Of a stretch of DNA of 34,729 nucleotides, positions 1 through 8,385 are shown one piece after another (the first letter of the stretch is position 1; each line of letters opens with the position of its first letter). The stretch spans positions 1 through 34,729 of the forward strand of contig JAPLHW010000149.1 in NCBI GenBank assembly GCA_026389425.1. Direction: 5' to 3'. A program made the translations under genes and the position numbers. Source of the DNA: Coprothermobacterota bacterium. GTDB lineage: Bacteria > Caldisericota > JANLFM01. The notes beneath the pieces were generated by a model, which was not told the origin of the DNA, did not search any database, and worked only from the letters and a program-made list of their open reading frames with translations.

Positions 1-641
1 TGTCCCGTTTCAATGTCGATGAGCATCACCGGCCCCAGGGCATCCGCTACCTCGACAGCATCCATCCCCCCATCGATCCCTGCCCTGACCCACTCCAGGG
101 TGTTGAGGTGAAAGGTAGGCGAGAGCTTGACGATGATCGGCACCGAAACGGCTTGGCGAACGGCCTTGACAGTCTCGTAGAGCGGTTTGGGATCGTTGAT
201 CTCGGGGGGGGGAAGCTTCATCCCGGGGAATTGCGCCTCCAGATTCTCAGCCAGGTGCGGACAGTGGGTAGGCAGCTCGATGATGTCGGCACCGGCCGCG
301 ACCGCCTCCTGCGCCAACTGAGCCGTCTCCTCGGGAGTGGTCCCAGCCAGATTGGCGATCAGAGGGACGCCTGCCGCCTTGATCTTGGGGAATTCCTCCA
401 TGAACCATTGCTCGCTGGAGAGAACCGCTCCCATCATGCAATTGAGGAAGCCGTTGCGGATGGTGGCGTAACAAGGATGAGGGTCGGGGAGAGCCCAGCG
501 GGTGATGGTCTTGGTGGTGATAGCGGCCGGCCCGAAGCCCGCGATCTGGCAGATGGTGTCCCCATTTCGGCCGTGCTCTCCTGCTGAAACAAGCAGGGGG
601 TTCTTCAAGGTGAGACTCTTGAATTGAACTGACAAGTCCAT
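1..641 (-). CDS. Dihydroorotate dehydrogenase / dihydropyrimidine dehydrogenase PreA-like FMN TIM-barrel protein (runs off the left edge)
   Basis: Not in the ORF track; translated by hand. ATG at 641 after SD GAAGGAGG. Reads MDLSVQFKSLTLKNPLLVSAG...ITTKT...GFLNCMMG...PLIANLAG...IIELPTHCPH...VPIIVKLSP...ADALGPVMLIDIETG, the class 1 DHODH/PreA motif order, open to base 1. Confidence 0.85.
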   Translation of the reverse strand, partial: MDLSVQFKSLTLKNPLLVSAGEHGRNGDTICQIAGFGPAAITTKTITRWALPDPHPCYATIRNGFLNCMMGAVLSSEQWFMEEFPKIKAAGVPLIANLAGTTPEETAQLAQEAVAAGADIIELPTHCPHLAENLEAQFPGMKLPPPEINDPKPLYETVKAVRQAVSVPIIVKLSPTFHLNTLEWVRAGIDGGMDAVEVADALGPVMLIDIETG

Positions 642-680
642 GACGTGCCTCCTTCTCGAAAGAGGATTGCCTTTTTTCAT

Positions 681-728
681 TTCCACCTTATGTAAATCAT
701 TTGCAAAATACCCTTCCGTCAGGTGGAT
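681..728. promoter_or_regulatory. Two candidate IclR-type operator boxes (TTCCAC-CTT-ATGTAA at 681-695; TTCCGT-CAG-GTGGAT at 714-728)
   Basis: Imperfect 15-bp dyads of type TTCCRY-N3-RYGGAA in a divergent promoter region; a near-copy lies at 14010-14024. Confidence 0.4.
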
Positions 729-817
729 GTCAAGGTTATTATCCTCTTAAAAGCGATGAGTAGGGTGCTTCCCACAAAAGTTTTTTTCATCATCCAAATG
801 GATTGCACAGATTGACC

Positions 818-846
818 ATTTCACAACTTTGCCGATCTCCTATAAT
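818..846 (+). promoter_or_regulatory. Putative sigma70 promoter for the first lipoprotein gene
   Basis: Perfect TATAAT at 841-846 in AT-rich intergenic DNA; the -35 region (TTTCAC/TTCACA near 819-825) is weak. Confidence 0.45.
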
Positions 847-969
847 AGGGAAAACGCGAGCCAATTTTTCTACCGGAAAGGAGGTATGGCGAGAAGAAGG
901 ACACGCGTGAGAAGGATAGAGTAGCTTCGGCAAGTGTCAAAATTGGTCGAATCCCAAGGAGGAATACAT

Positions 970-2103
970 TTGAACTGGAAAAAAACGTTGGTTCTTCTGA
1001 TCTCCGGCATCCTGTTGCTCACTGCCGTAGGCTGTGCGCAGCCGAGCACCCCGACTCCGACTCCCACTCCCAGCCCGACACAGACATCATCGCCCTCCCC
1101 CTCACCGACACCTACCATACCGCCCACCCCCAGCAACGTGCGCCTGGGCGTCTTCATCCCTGGCCGCCTGGGAGATAGTCCGGATTACGACAAGCTGGCG
1201 GACACTGCCTTGCGCACGGCGATGCGCGATAAGCGCCTCACCGTCACTGTTTTCGAGGCCGGCTTCGACCAATCCAAGTGGACCGAACAACTGACCTCGA
1301 TGGCCGCCTCCGGCAACTACGATGTCATTTACACCTCCAACGAGTCGATGGGCCCGATGGTGGCTGCGGTGGCCAAGCAGATTCCCAATGTCAAGTTCAT
1401 CGTCAACGACTCCTGGGTGATGGGTAACGACCGCATCTACTGCTCTTTCACCAATAGGTACCAGCAGTCCTACCTCTACGGTTACATGATGGCTTTGGTC
1501 TCTACCAGCACGCTTCCCGGCGTCAACCCGGAGAAGAAGATCGGCTTCATCTACGGACAGCACTACACCACCATGGACGATCTGATCATCCCCGGCATCG
1601 AGGCCGGGGCGAAGGCCGTCGATCCGGCCTTCGAAGTGAAGACGGTGATGTTGGGCAACTGGTTTGACGCAACCAAGGCGGAATCCCTGACCAACGCGCT
1701 CATCGACGAGGGCGTCGATGTGATGGGGTCGGTCTGCGGCAGCGGTCTGGCCGGCGTCATCAACGCCTGCAAGACGAAGAACATATATATGGCGACCTAC
1801 GACTCGGCTAACTTCGACAAGGCTCCGGGAGTGATCGTCGGCTCGGTGGAGTCGCAGATCGGCGACATGGTGACCAATGACCTGGACGAGCTGTTGGCGG
1901 GAACCGTCAAATGGGGTATCTCGGAGGTCTTCGGTGCGGAGAGAGGCTACGTCTCCTCCCCGCTCAAAGCCCCGGCATGGATGGCCGTGCCGGAGTCGAC
2001 CCGGCTGCAGTACGAGGCTGAATACAACAAAGTGATCAGCGGCAGCAAAGCTTTACCAATCCCCCAGGCGGTCTTGGACAAGATCAACGCTGCGGCGAAT
2101 TAG
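970..2103 (+). CDS. rfuA: BMP-family ABC substrate-binding lipoprotein, RfuA (riboflavin-binding)-like, paralog 1
   Basis: TTG start after GGAGGA. Lipobox AVGC and a Pro/Thr linker. Motifs VFIPG..GDSPDY, EAGFDQSKW, GQHY..M, GAKAVDPAFE, GNWFDA and APGVIVGS match my recollection of Treponema RfuA (TP0298). Confidence 0.8.
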   Translation: MNWKKTLVLLISGILLLTAVGCAQPSTPTPTPTPSPTQTSSPSPSPTPTIPPTPSNVRLGVFIPGRLGDSPDYDKLADTALRTAMRDKRLTVTVFEAGFDQSKWTEQLTSMAASGNYDVIYTSNESMGPMVAAVAKQIPNVKFIVNDSWVMGNDRIYCSFTNRYQQSYLYGYMMALVSTSTLPGVNPEKKIGFIYGQHYTTMDDLIIPGIEAGAKAVDPAFEVKTVMLGNWFDATKAESLTNALIDEGVDVMGSVCGSGLAGVINACKTKNIYMATYDSANFDKAPGVIVGSVESQIGDMVTNDLDELLAGTVKWGISEVFGAERGYVSSPLKAPAWMAVPESTRLQYEAEYNKVISGSKALPIPQAVLDKINAAAN

Positions 2104-2138
2104 ATTACTGGAAGCAAACCTTTGTAGAATCGCCTCTT

Positions 2139-2172
2139 CGTTCGGCTTGGGCTTGTTGCCCCAAGCCGAACG
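2139..2172 (+). terminator. 13-bp stem hairpin after the lipoprotein gene (terminator or mRNA stabilizer)
   Basis: CGTTCGGCTTGGG / CCCAAGCCGAACG perfect inverted repeat followed by GGTTTCT. Confidence 0.6.
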
Positions 2173-2215
2173 GGTTTCTGGGGATGCGATGGCTGCAAGG
2201 ATACGAGGAGGGAAC

Positions 2216-3055
2216 ATGAGGACGAGTATCAACACATGGGTTTTTGGTTTCGATCACCCCATCGAGGACGCTGTGCGGCGCATTGCCGGGTATGGTTTTC
2301 AGGGTGTTGAGGTCCCCTTTCGCGATACAGAGATGAGGTGGACGGGATCTCAGAAGAAACATCTGCTGGAGTCGACCCGGGGATCCGGGTTGCAGGTGGC
2401 GACCCTGTTAGTGGCGTTGGGAATGCTTCCCCCGGAAAATGGGCGCAATCTATCCAGCAGCGATTCGACTCTCCGTCGTCAGGCCGTGGAGTTTTGTCTG
2501 CGAGGCCTTGACTTGGCCTGCGAGTTGGATGCTGACCGGGTCGTCCTCAACGTGGGTAAGCTGGAAGAGGGGCAGGGCGAGGAGGACGCTTGTGCTTTTG
2601 CCGTCGACTCGATTCGCTCCTTATTGGACCGGGCGCCGGAGGGGAGGTGGAAGGCAGTGCTGGAAAACTTCCCGGACCGCTGGATCGGACCTGCTGCGAA
2701 GATGCGGGCGTTGATCGAGAGGGTGGCGAGCCCGCGCTTTGGTGGTCTGCTGGACACAGGTCACCAGAACGTCCTGAAGGAGCCCTTCCGAGATGCGCTG
2801 CGTGAGGTTGGAGCCGCTCTATTCCATCTCCACTTGAACAACAATTCGGGTGATCAGGACTCGCATCACCCGCCGAGCGATGGAACTCTCTCCCGAATGG
2901 ACTTCCTTGACAATTTTCGGGCTCTTCGGCAGGCGGGATACGACGGCTGGTATTCCTTTGAGGTCTTCGGCGCTGATCGCGGGCGTGACCCTGACCTTGT
3001 CTGCCGCGACTGCACTGATTTGATCGCCTTCTTCAATCTGGAGGGAGGTCTCTAG
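2216..3055 (+). CDS. Sugar phosphate isomerase/epimerase (xylose-isomerase-like TIM barrel, ketose 3-epimerase-like)
   Basis: ATG at 2216 after GAGGAGGG. GFQGVE plus metal-ligand motifs LEN, LDTGH, HLHL and FEVF. Confidence 0.85.
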   Translation: MRTSINTWVFGFDHPIEDAVRRIAGYGFQGVEVPFRDTEMRWTGSQKKHLLESTRGSGLQVATLLVALGMLPPENGRNLSSSDSTLRRQAVEFCLRGLDLACELDADRVVLNVGKLEEGQGEEDACAFAVDSIRSLLDRAPEGRWKAVLENFPDRWIGPAAKMRALIERVASPRFGGLLDTGHQNVLKEPFRDALREVGAALFHLHLNNNSGDQDSHHPPSDGTLSRMDFLDNFRALRQAGYDGWYSFEVFGADRGRDPDLVCRDCTDLIAFFNLEGGL

Positions 3056-3056
3056 G

Positions 3057-3088
3057 AAAAATGAACGGGCTGCTGATGCAGCCCGTTC
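3057..3088. terminator. Rho-independent terminator between convergent genes
   Basis: GAACGGGCTGC-TGAT-GCAGCCCGTTC 11-bp stem preceded by an A-run, which is a U-tract on the minus strand. Confidence 0.7.
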
Positions 3089-3141
3089 GGTGGGATGGCA
3101 AGGATGCCGTCTCTAGGAAGGACGGTGTTTGGCCAACCAGA

Positions 3142-3921
3142 TTAATCTCCGATGGTGCGATCCTGCGCTACCTTGCCAATCGCCGTGCGAGCTGCCCCAG
3201 TCAGGAAAAAGGAATCGGTCCCTAGGGCAAGAAACTGGAAACCTTCCTGGATGCGCCGGTTGCATTCTTCCGGTGTGGCTACATGGAACCCGGCTGGGAC
3301 TCCGTACTTCTTCCCGGCGGCGATAATTGTGGCTACCGCCTCCTGGTAGCGAGGGTCGGGATTCTCTCCGAGTACCACGGGGACACCCATCGAAGCCGCC
3401 AGGTCGCCGGGACCGATGAAGTAAGCGTCGATCCCTTCGACGGAGAGGATCTCATCGATGTGGTGGACCGCCTCAATGTGCTCGATCTGTACGATCACCA
3501 GGATTTCCTCATTGGCATGCGCTTTGTAGTCTTTTCCGGCATAGAGATCAACGCGGCCATAGCCGGAGCTGCGGTTGCCAAGTGGCGGATAACGGCAGGC
3601 CTGAACCACCTGAAGCGCTTCCTGGCGGCTGTTAACCATTGGGACAACGATCCCGTAGGCCCCCGCATCGAGCGTTCGCTTGATCAGAGCCGGGTCATTC
3701 CAGGCCACGCGGGCCATCGGCACGGCATCTGTGGCGCAGATCGAGACGAAGCAGGACTGCAGCGTCTCCATGTCGATCGGGCTGTGTTCGGCGTCAACTA
3801 CCAGGAAATCGAAACCAAGGTGGCCCATGGTCTCAGCGCAAATCGGGCTGCAAAGCGAGAGCCAACTGCCAACAGCCGCTTTCTTCTCGCGGAAGAGCTG
3901 TTTCACTTTATTGGGTTTCAT
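3142..3921 (-). CDS. HpcH/HpaI-family class II pyruvate aldolase (GarL/RhmA-like)
   Basis: GFDFLVVDAEHS, LDAGAYGIVVPMV, RYPPLGNR, QIE and FIGPGDL signature motifs. Confidence 0.92.
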   Translation of the reverse strand: MKPNKVKQLFREKKAAVGSWLSLCSPICAETMGHLGFDFLVVDAEHSPIDMETLQSCFVSICATDAVPMARVAWNDPALIKRTLDAGAYGIVVPMVNSRQEALQVVQACRYPPLGNRSSGYGRVDLYAGKDYKAHANEEILVIVQIEHIEAVHHIDEILSVEGIDAYFIGPGDLAASMGVPVVLGENPDPRYQEAVATIIAAGKKYGVPAGFHVATPEECNRRIQEGFQFLALGTDSFFLTGAARTAIGKVAQDRTIGD

Positions 3922-3939
3922 CGCGGATTCCTTTCCAAT

Positions 3940-5010
3940 TTACAGGTCGTACGGGACGCCGAGCTGCTGACCGATCTCCCGCAGGCTGGCGCTCACTTTC
4001 TCGTGCAATGGGATCCCTTCCGTCCTCCGGGCGCGTTCAGTAGCGGCTTCCATCTCGCCGGCCAGGAAGATGTTGGCCACGCCTTCCACCTTCGGCAGCG
4101 CGTGATAGGCTTGAATCAGTTCATCCATCTTGGCTTTGAAGGTATCCACCGGGAGGAATCCATCAATGCGGATGGCGCCGAAGAAATGGTCACACTTGTT
4201 CCCAGCGGCTCCAGGCTCGACCGTTTGCAGTAAACCGGCCACGGAACCAGAAAGGATGTTGCAAAGGATCTCCACCGCCACAGCCAGGGCGAATCCCTTA
4301 TAGACACCCAACTCCGGCGTCCCGCCGAGAGGGAGGAGGCCACCGCCGCCGGCGAAGACAGCTCTGGGATCGGTTGTAATCCCTCCCTGGTTGTCGACTG
4401 CCCAACCGGCTGGCAAGGGAAGGCCCTTGCGCATTGCCTCCGATACCTTGCCTCCAGCTACGACTGAGGTTGCCATGTCGAGGACGAAGGCGGATTCCAC
4501 GCCTGCCGGGACGGCTAGGCTGATGGGATTGGTCCCCACGCCGCGGGCTTTGCTCCCGGGCGGGAAGACGATCGGTCCAGTGGAAGACATCGCCAGCCCG
4601 ATCATATCGTGAGGTAGGGCCATCATCGCGTAGTAGGCGGAAGCACCGAAGTGGGTGCTGTTACGAACTGCCACCAGGCCCACACCGACTTTCCCGGCAC
4701 GCTCGATGGCTTCGGACATAGCGCGATGCCCGACGACGAAACCGATTCCATTATCGCCGTCGATGATCGCTGTGGCGGGAGCCTGGCTAGAAATCGTGAT
4801 GTTGGGATGGATGTTGATGAATCCTTTTTGGATGCGTTGCACGTAGAATTGAGCGAGATGCGCGACACCGTGAGACTCCACGCCTCTCAGGTCGGCAGAG
4901 ACGATTGCATCGGCGGCAATGGCGGCATCCTGGGGGGTGACCCCCAATTTTTCCAGGATGCGGGTGGTAAAACCAATCAGTTGGCCTGAATCAACTCTTT
5001 CTTGCTCCAT
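3940..5010 (-). CDS. Ldh_2-family (type 2 malate/L-lactate, ureidoglycolate, sulfolactate dehydrogenase-like) oxidoreductase
   Basis: ADLRGVESHG, DGDNG.G, RNSTHFGA, GTNPI, LDMATS, PLGG....YKG motifs. ATG at 5010 after AGAAAGGA. Confidence 0.92.
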   Translation of the reverse strand: MEQERVDSGQLIGFTTRILEKLGVTPQDAAIAADAIVSADLRGVESHGVAHLAQFYVQRIQKGFINIHPNITISSQAPATAIIDGDNGIGFVVGHRAMSEAIERAGKVGVGLVAVRNSTHFGASAYYAMMALPHDMIGLAMSSTGPIVFPPGSKARGVGTNPISLAVPAGVESAFVLDMATSVVAGGKVSEAMRKGLPLPAGWAVDNQGGITTDPRAVFAGGGGLLPLGGTPELGVYKGFALAVAVEILCNILSGSVAGLLQTVEPGAAGNKCDHFFGAIRIDGFLPVDTFKAKMDELIQAYHALPKVEGVANIFLAGEMEAATERARRTEGIPLHEKVSASLREIGQQLGVPYDL

Positions 5011-5293
5011 GATCCTATCCTTTCTATTGCTTGTCCCTAGAACTTGCGTCAAAGTCTTGCTGAGATTGGTTTCCTCGTGTACTCTTGATTGCTTCGCGCG
5101 CGAGGGTTAGAAGGGAGCCGCAAGACGGCCGCTGGATTGGATGGTCACTGGAAATAGTGGAGGTGCAAGATACGGCGTGAACACAAGCCGAGATCTCGAG
5201 GTGAGACGCCCTGCCCTTTTGCGAAGACTTAGGGTGGATCTCGAGATTCTACCTTTCCGGTGCCAAGCCATAGGGCCGCACTTTCCCTTTCTA

Positions 5294-5323
5294 TTGACAA
5301 AAGTCAATTTCTCTCAGCATAAT
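5294..5323 (+). promoter_or_regulatory. Putative sigma70 promoter of the transporter/sugar operon
   Basis: TTGACA (5294-5299), 18-nt spacer, CATAAT (5318-5323). The -35 sits inside the palindrome ATTGAC-AAAA-GTCAAT. Confidence 0.6.
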
Positions 5324-5503
5324 TTGGATGTGGAATCATGTCAATGAAGTCCATTTTCGATAGGGCACAGGCGTTTTATGAAAAGCCGTTTCCAAAGAGA
5401 AGCAGATCCTCCCTGCCGAAGGAGGTGAAGAGGCGCGGGATCGTTTGGACCTCGAAGGTACCCCGTCAGAGAAGGTTGATTTAGCAAACTAGGAGGCATT
5501 CGT

Positions 5504-6643
5504 ATGAAATTAAGCAGAGCAATTGTAGTTCTCATAACGGTGGCCGTATTGTTTTCGGCTATCGGTTGCGCCAGCAGCACGCCTACTCCAACACTTACAC
5601 CAACACCCACTTCAACTCCCAGCCCGACCCCCTCCCCGACCGCGACGACTCCCCCTCCACCAACCAGCATACGCCTTGGGGTTTTTATCCCTGGCCGTCT
5701 GGGGGATAGCCCTCCCTATGATGCGCTGGCCAACGGTGCGCAGAAAGCCGCCCTGCGTGACAAGCGCTTGACGGTGGAGGTTTTCGAGGCCGGCTTCGAT
5801 CAGTCCAAGTGGCAGGAACAGCTCACATCTTTCGCTGCTTCCGGTAAATATGACGTGATCTATGCTTCCAACGAAGCTCTCGGCCCGCTGGTGGTCAAAA
5901 CAGCCGCGACTGTGCCGAACGTGAAATTCCTGGTTAACGATTCCTATGTGACCGGCAACGACCGCATTTTCACCGCATTCTTCAACAAGTATCAGCAAGG
6001 TTACCTCTACGGTTACATGATGGCCCTCGTCTCCACCAGCACGCTGCCCGGCGCCAACCCGGACAAGAAGCTCGGCCTTATCTACGGCCAGCATTACACG
6101 ATGATGGATGACCTGATTATCCCCGGCATCGAGGCCGGTGCGAAGGCCGTCGACCCAGCCTTTGAGTTGAAGACGGCGATGCTGGGCAACTGGTACGACG
6201 CCAAGAAGGCTGAATCCCTGGCGAGCAGCCTGATCGATGAAGGCGTCGACTGTCTTGGCGCCATCGCCGGAAGCGGCAATGCCGGCGTCGTCAACGCAGC
6301 CAAAACCCGCGGGGTTTACATGGTTTGGTTCGATGTGGCCGGCTTCGACAAGGCGCCCGGGACCGTCATCGGCACCGTCGGAAGTTCCAACGAAGACCTG
6401 GTGACCCTCGAGTTGAAGAACCTGCTGGATGGGACTATCACCTGGGGCAAACCGCTCATTGTCGGCGCGGAGCAAGGATACATTTCCGTCCCGCTCCTTG
6501 CGCCCGGCTATGTCAACTACATGCCAGCCGACGCACAGAAGAAGTTCGCAGAAGTGTACAACAAAGTCGTCTCTGGCACATTACCTCTCCCCGTTCCGCA
6601 GGCCATCCTGGATAAGCTCGACAAGGCCGCCAAAGGGAGCTAG
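5504..6643 (+). CDS. rfuA: BMP-family ABC substrate-binding lipoprotein, RfuA-like, paralog 2
   Basis: SD AGGAGG, lipobox AIGC, PT linker. Motifs VFIPG..GDSPPY, ALVS.S...ANPDKKLGLI.GQHY..M, GNWYDA and WFD..G...APG as in recalled RfuA. Confidence 0.85.
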   Translation: MKLSRAIVVLITVAVLFSAIGCASSTPTPTLTPTPTSTPSPTPSPTATTPPPPTSIRLGVFIPGRLGDSPPYDALANGAQKAALRDKRLTVEVFEAGFDQSKWQEQLTSFAASGKYDVIYASNEALGPLVVKTAATVPNVKFLVNDSYVTGNDRIFTAFFNKYQQGYLYGYMMALVSTSTLPGANPDKKLGLIYGQHYTMMDDLIIPGIEAGAKAVDPAFELKTAMLGNWYDAKKAESLASSLIDEGVDCLGAIAGSGNAGVVNAAKTRGVYMVWFDVAGFDKAPGTVIGTVGSSNEDLVTLELKNLLDGTITWGKPLIVGAEQGYISVPLLAPGYVNYMPADAQKKFAEVYNKVVSGTLPLPVPQAILDKLDKAAKGS

Positions 6644-6705
6644 GGCTTACACGGAGCCCGTCTTTGGAGCAGACAGCCTGCGGCAGCATGTCCTGATACG
6701 AGATA

Positions 6706-6741
6706 AAATGGCCTGGTCGGGAGAACCCGACCAGGCCATTT
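6706..6741 (+). terminator. 16-bp stem hairpin between the binding-protein and ATPase genes
   Basis: AAATGGCCTGGTCGGG-AGAA-CCCGACCAGGCCATTT; the usual position for a differential mRNA-stability or attenuating hairpin in ABC operons. Confidence 0.65.
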
Positions 6742-6781
6742 CTACCAACGACAAAGCGAAACCGCTGCAAAGAAGGAACCG

Positions 6782-8380
6782 ATGGAATCGACGACACAGG
6801 CAGACAAAACTTCTATCCCGAATATCCTAGTGGAGATGCTCGGGATCTCCAAGGTCTACCCGGACAACAATGTCACTGCGAACAGCAATGTGCACTTCAA
6901 CTTGCAGAGGGGGGAGATCCACGCCCTGGTGGGGGAGAACGGCGCCGGTAAGACGACGCTGATGAAGATCCTCTGCGGCCTGGAACGAGCCGACCAGGGT
7001 ACTATCAAGGTCGGTGGCCGGCCTGTGCACATCCGCTCTGCCCGCGACGCCGACCGGCTAGGGATCGGCATGGTTCACCAGCGCTTCTGCCTGGTGGAAA
7101 ATTTCTCGGTAGCAGACAACATCGTGCTCGGTAAAGAACCCCTGCGAGGAGGGATTTTCTACGATCGAGCGAAGGCCAAGCAAACGGTCAAAGTGCTTTC
7201 CGAGGACTACGGCTTCGAGATGGACCCCAACGCCCTGGTAGGGACCCTTACCGTCGGCCAGAAGCAGCGGGTGGAGATCCTGAAGGTGTTGTATCGGGGT
7301 TCCACCATCCTTGTCCTGGATGAACCCACATCGCTCCTGACCGAACAGGAGATCAAGGTTTTTTTCCGGGTCCTGCGCCAGTTGAAAACGATGGGGTACA
7401 CCATCGTCATCATCACCCACAAGCTGGAAGAGGTCGGCCAGATCTCCGATCGCGTCACCGTTATGCGTGAGGGCCAAGTGGTGGACAGCCGGCCTTCCGC
7501 CAACCTGGACAAGGCCACCTTGGCCCGCCTAATGGTGGGCAAGGAAGTGTTGCTGCAGGTGGAAAAGCCGGCCAAAAACCCAGGCCTTCCCGTGCTCGAA
7601 ATCCGCGACCTGAGCCTGATCGATCCTACCTGCCCACGCCCTCTGCTGGCCGGGATCAACCTGCGGGTGAGGGCAGGAGAGGTGTTGGGTATTGCCGGGG
7701 TGGCTGGGAACGGACTCGGCGAGCTGGAAGATGTTCTCACAGGGATGAACAGTCGTGGCCGCCCTAGCGGGCAGGTGTTGATCGAGGGCTTGGAGGTCCT
7801 CGGACACTCTCCCGCCCGCCTACGGCGGATGGGCCTCGCCTATGTGCCGGCTGACCGCCTGCAACGCGGCAGCAGCTTGGCGCTGTCTCTTTCTGACAAC
7901 CTGATTGTGGTCAATCACCACGTTTTCCTCCGCTTCGGGATCTTGCGAAACCATTCTATCTCCAAGTTCTCCAACGATCTGATTCAGCGCTTCGGCATCA
8001 AGGGGAATATGAGCGCTCCGATCGGCACCCTCTCCGGTGGAAACATCCAGAAGGCGGTGCTTTCACGCGAGCTCTCCCGTCGACCCAAGTTGCTGATCAT
8101 CTCCGAACCGACCTGGGGCCTGGACGTCGCTTGTTCCGAGTTCGTCTATCAGGAGATCATAGAGATGCGCGGCGAAGAGACGGCTATCCTCTTGATTTCC
8201 TCCAACCTGGACGAAGTGTTGGCCCTCTCCGATCAAGTAGCGGTGATGTACAAGGGAGAGGTAGTTGCCCTCTTTCCGAACGTGGGCTTGGACCGCGAGT
8301 CCTTGGGCGGCTACATGCTGGGCTTGCACCGGCAGGAGGTCAAGGAGAAGAGCGGCTGCTGGGAAGAGAGAGCCCACTGA
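6782..8380 (+). CDS. rfuB: ABC transporter ATP-binding protein with two fused NBDs (CUT2, nucleoside/RfuB type)
   Basis: Walker A GENGAGKT, GIGMVHQ, LVLDEPT, ITHKL; second half LSGGNIQK and EPTWGLD. Confidence 0.9.
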   Translation: MESTTQADKTSIPNILVEMLGISKVYPDNNVTANSNVHFNLQRGEIHALVGENGAGKTTLMKILCGLERADQGTIKVGGRPVHIRSARDADRLGIGMVHQRFCLVENFSVADNIVLGKEPLRGGIFYDRAKAKQTVKVLSEDYGFEMDPNALVGTLTVGQKQRVEILKVLYRGSTILVLDEPTSLLTEQEIKVFFRVLRQLKTMGYTIVIITHKLEEVGQISDRVTVMREGQVVDSRPSANLDKATLARLMVGKEVLLQVEKPAKNPGLPVLEIRDLSLIDPTCPRPLLAGINLRVRAGEVLGIAGVAGNGLGELEDVLTGMNSRGRPSGQVLIEGLEVLGHSPARLRRMGLAYVPADRLQRGSSLALSLSDNLIVVNHHVFLRFGILRNHSISKFSNDLIQRFGIKGNMSAPIGTLSGGNIQKAVLSRELSRRPKLLIISEPTWGLDVACSEFVYQEIIEMRGEETAILLISSNLDEVLALSDQVAVMYKGEVVALFPNVGLDRESLGGYMLGLHRQEVKEKSGCWEERAH

Positions 8381-8385
8381 TAGCC

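Noticed and set aside
1040-1135. Low-complexity CCx/ACx repeats (also near 5575-5665)
   Set aside because: They encode ordinary Pro/Thr lipoprotein linkers.
5324-5503. FMN or purine riboswitch ahead of the RfuA-like operon
   Set aside because: I could not find the FMN aptamer core (AGGGC.GGGTGAAATTCCC.ACCGGCGGT-like) or a purine aptamer core here or at 847-969. An Rfam scan would be decisive.
8131-8385. N-terminal extension of the first permease given by the ORF track (likewise 934-969, 16494-16553, 18959-19027, 29834-29992)
   Set aside because: These extensions overlap upstream genes or lack an SD; downstream starts fit family lengths better.
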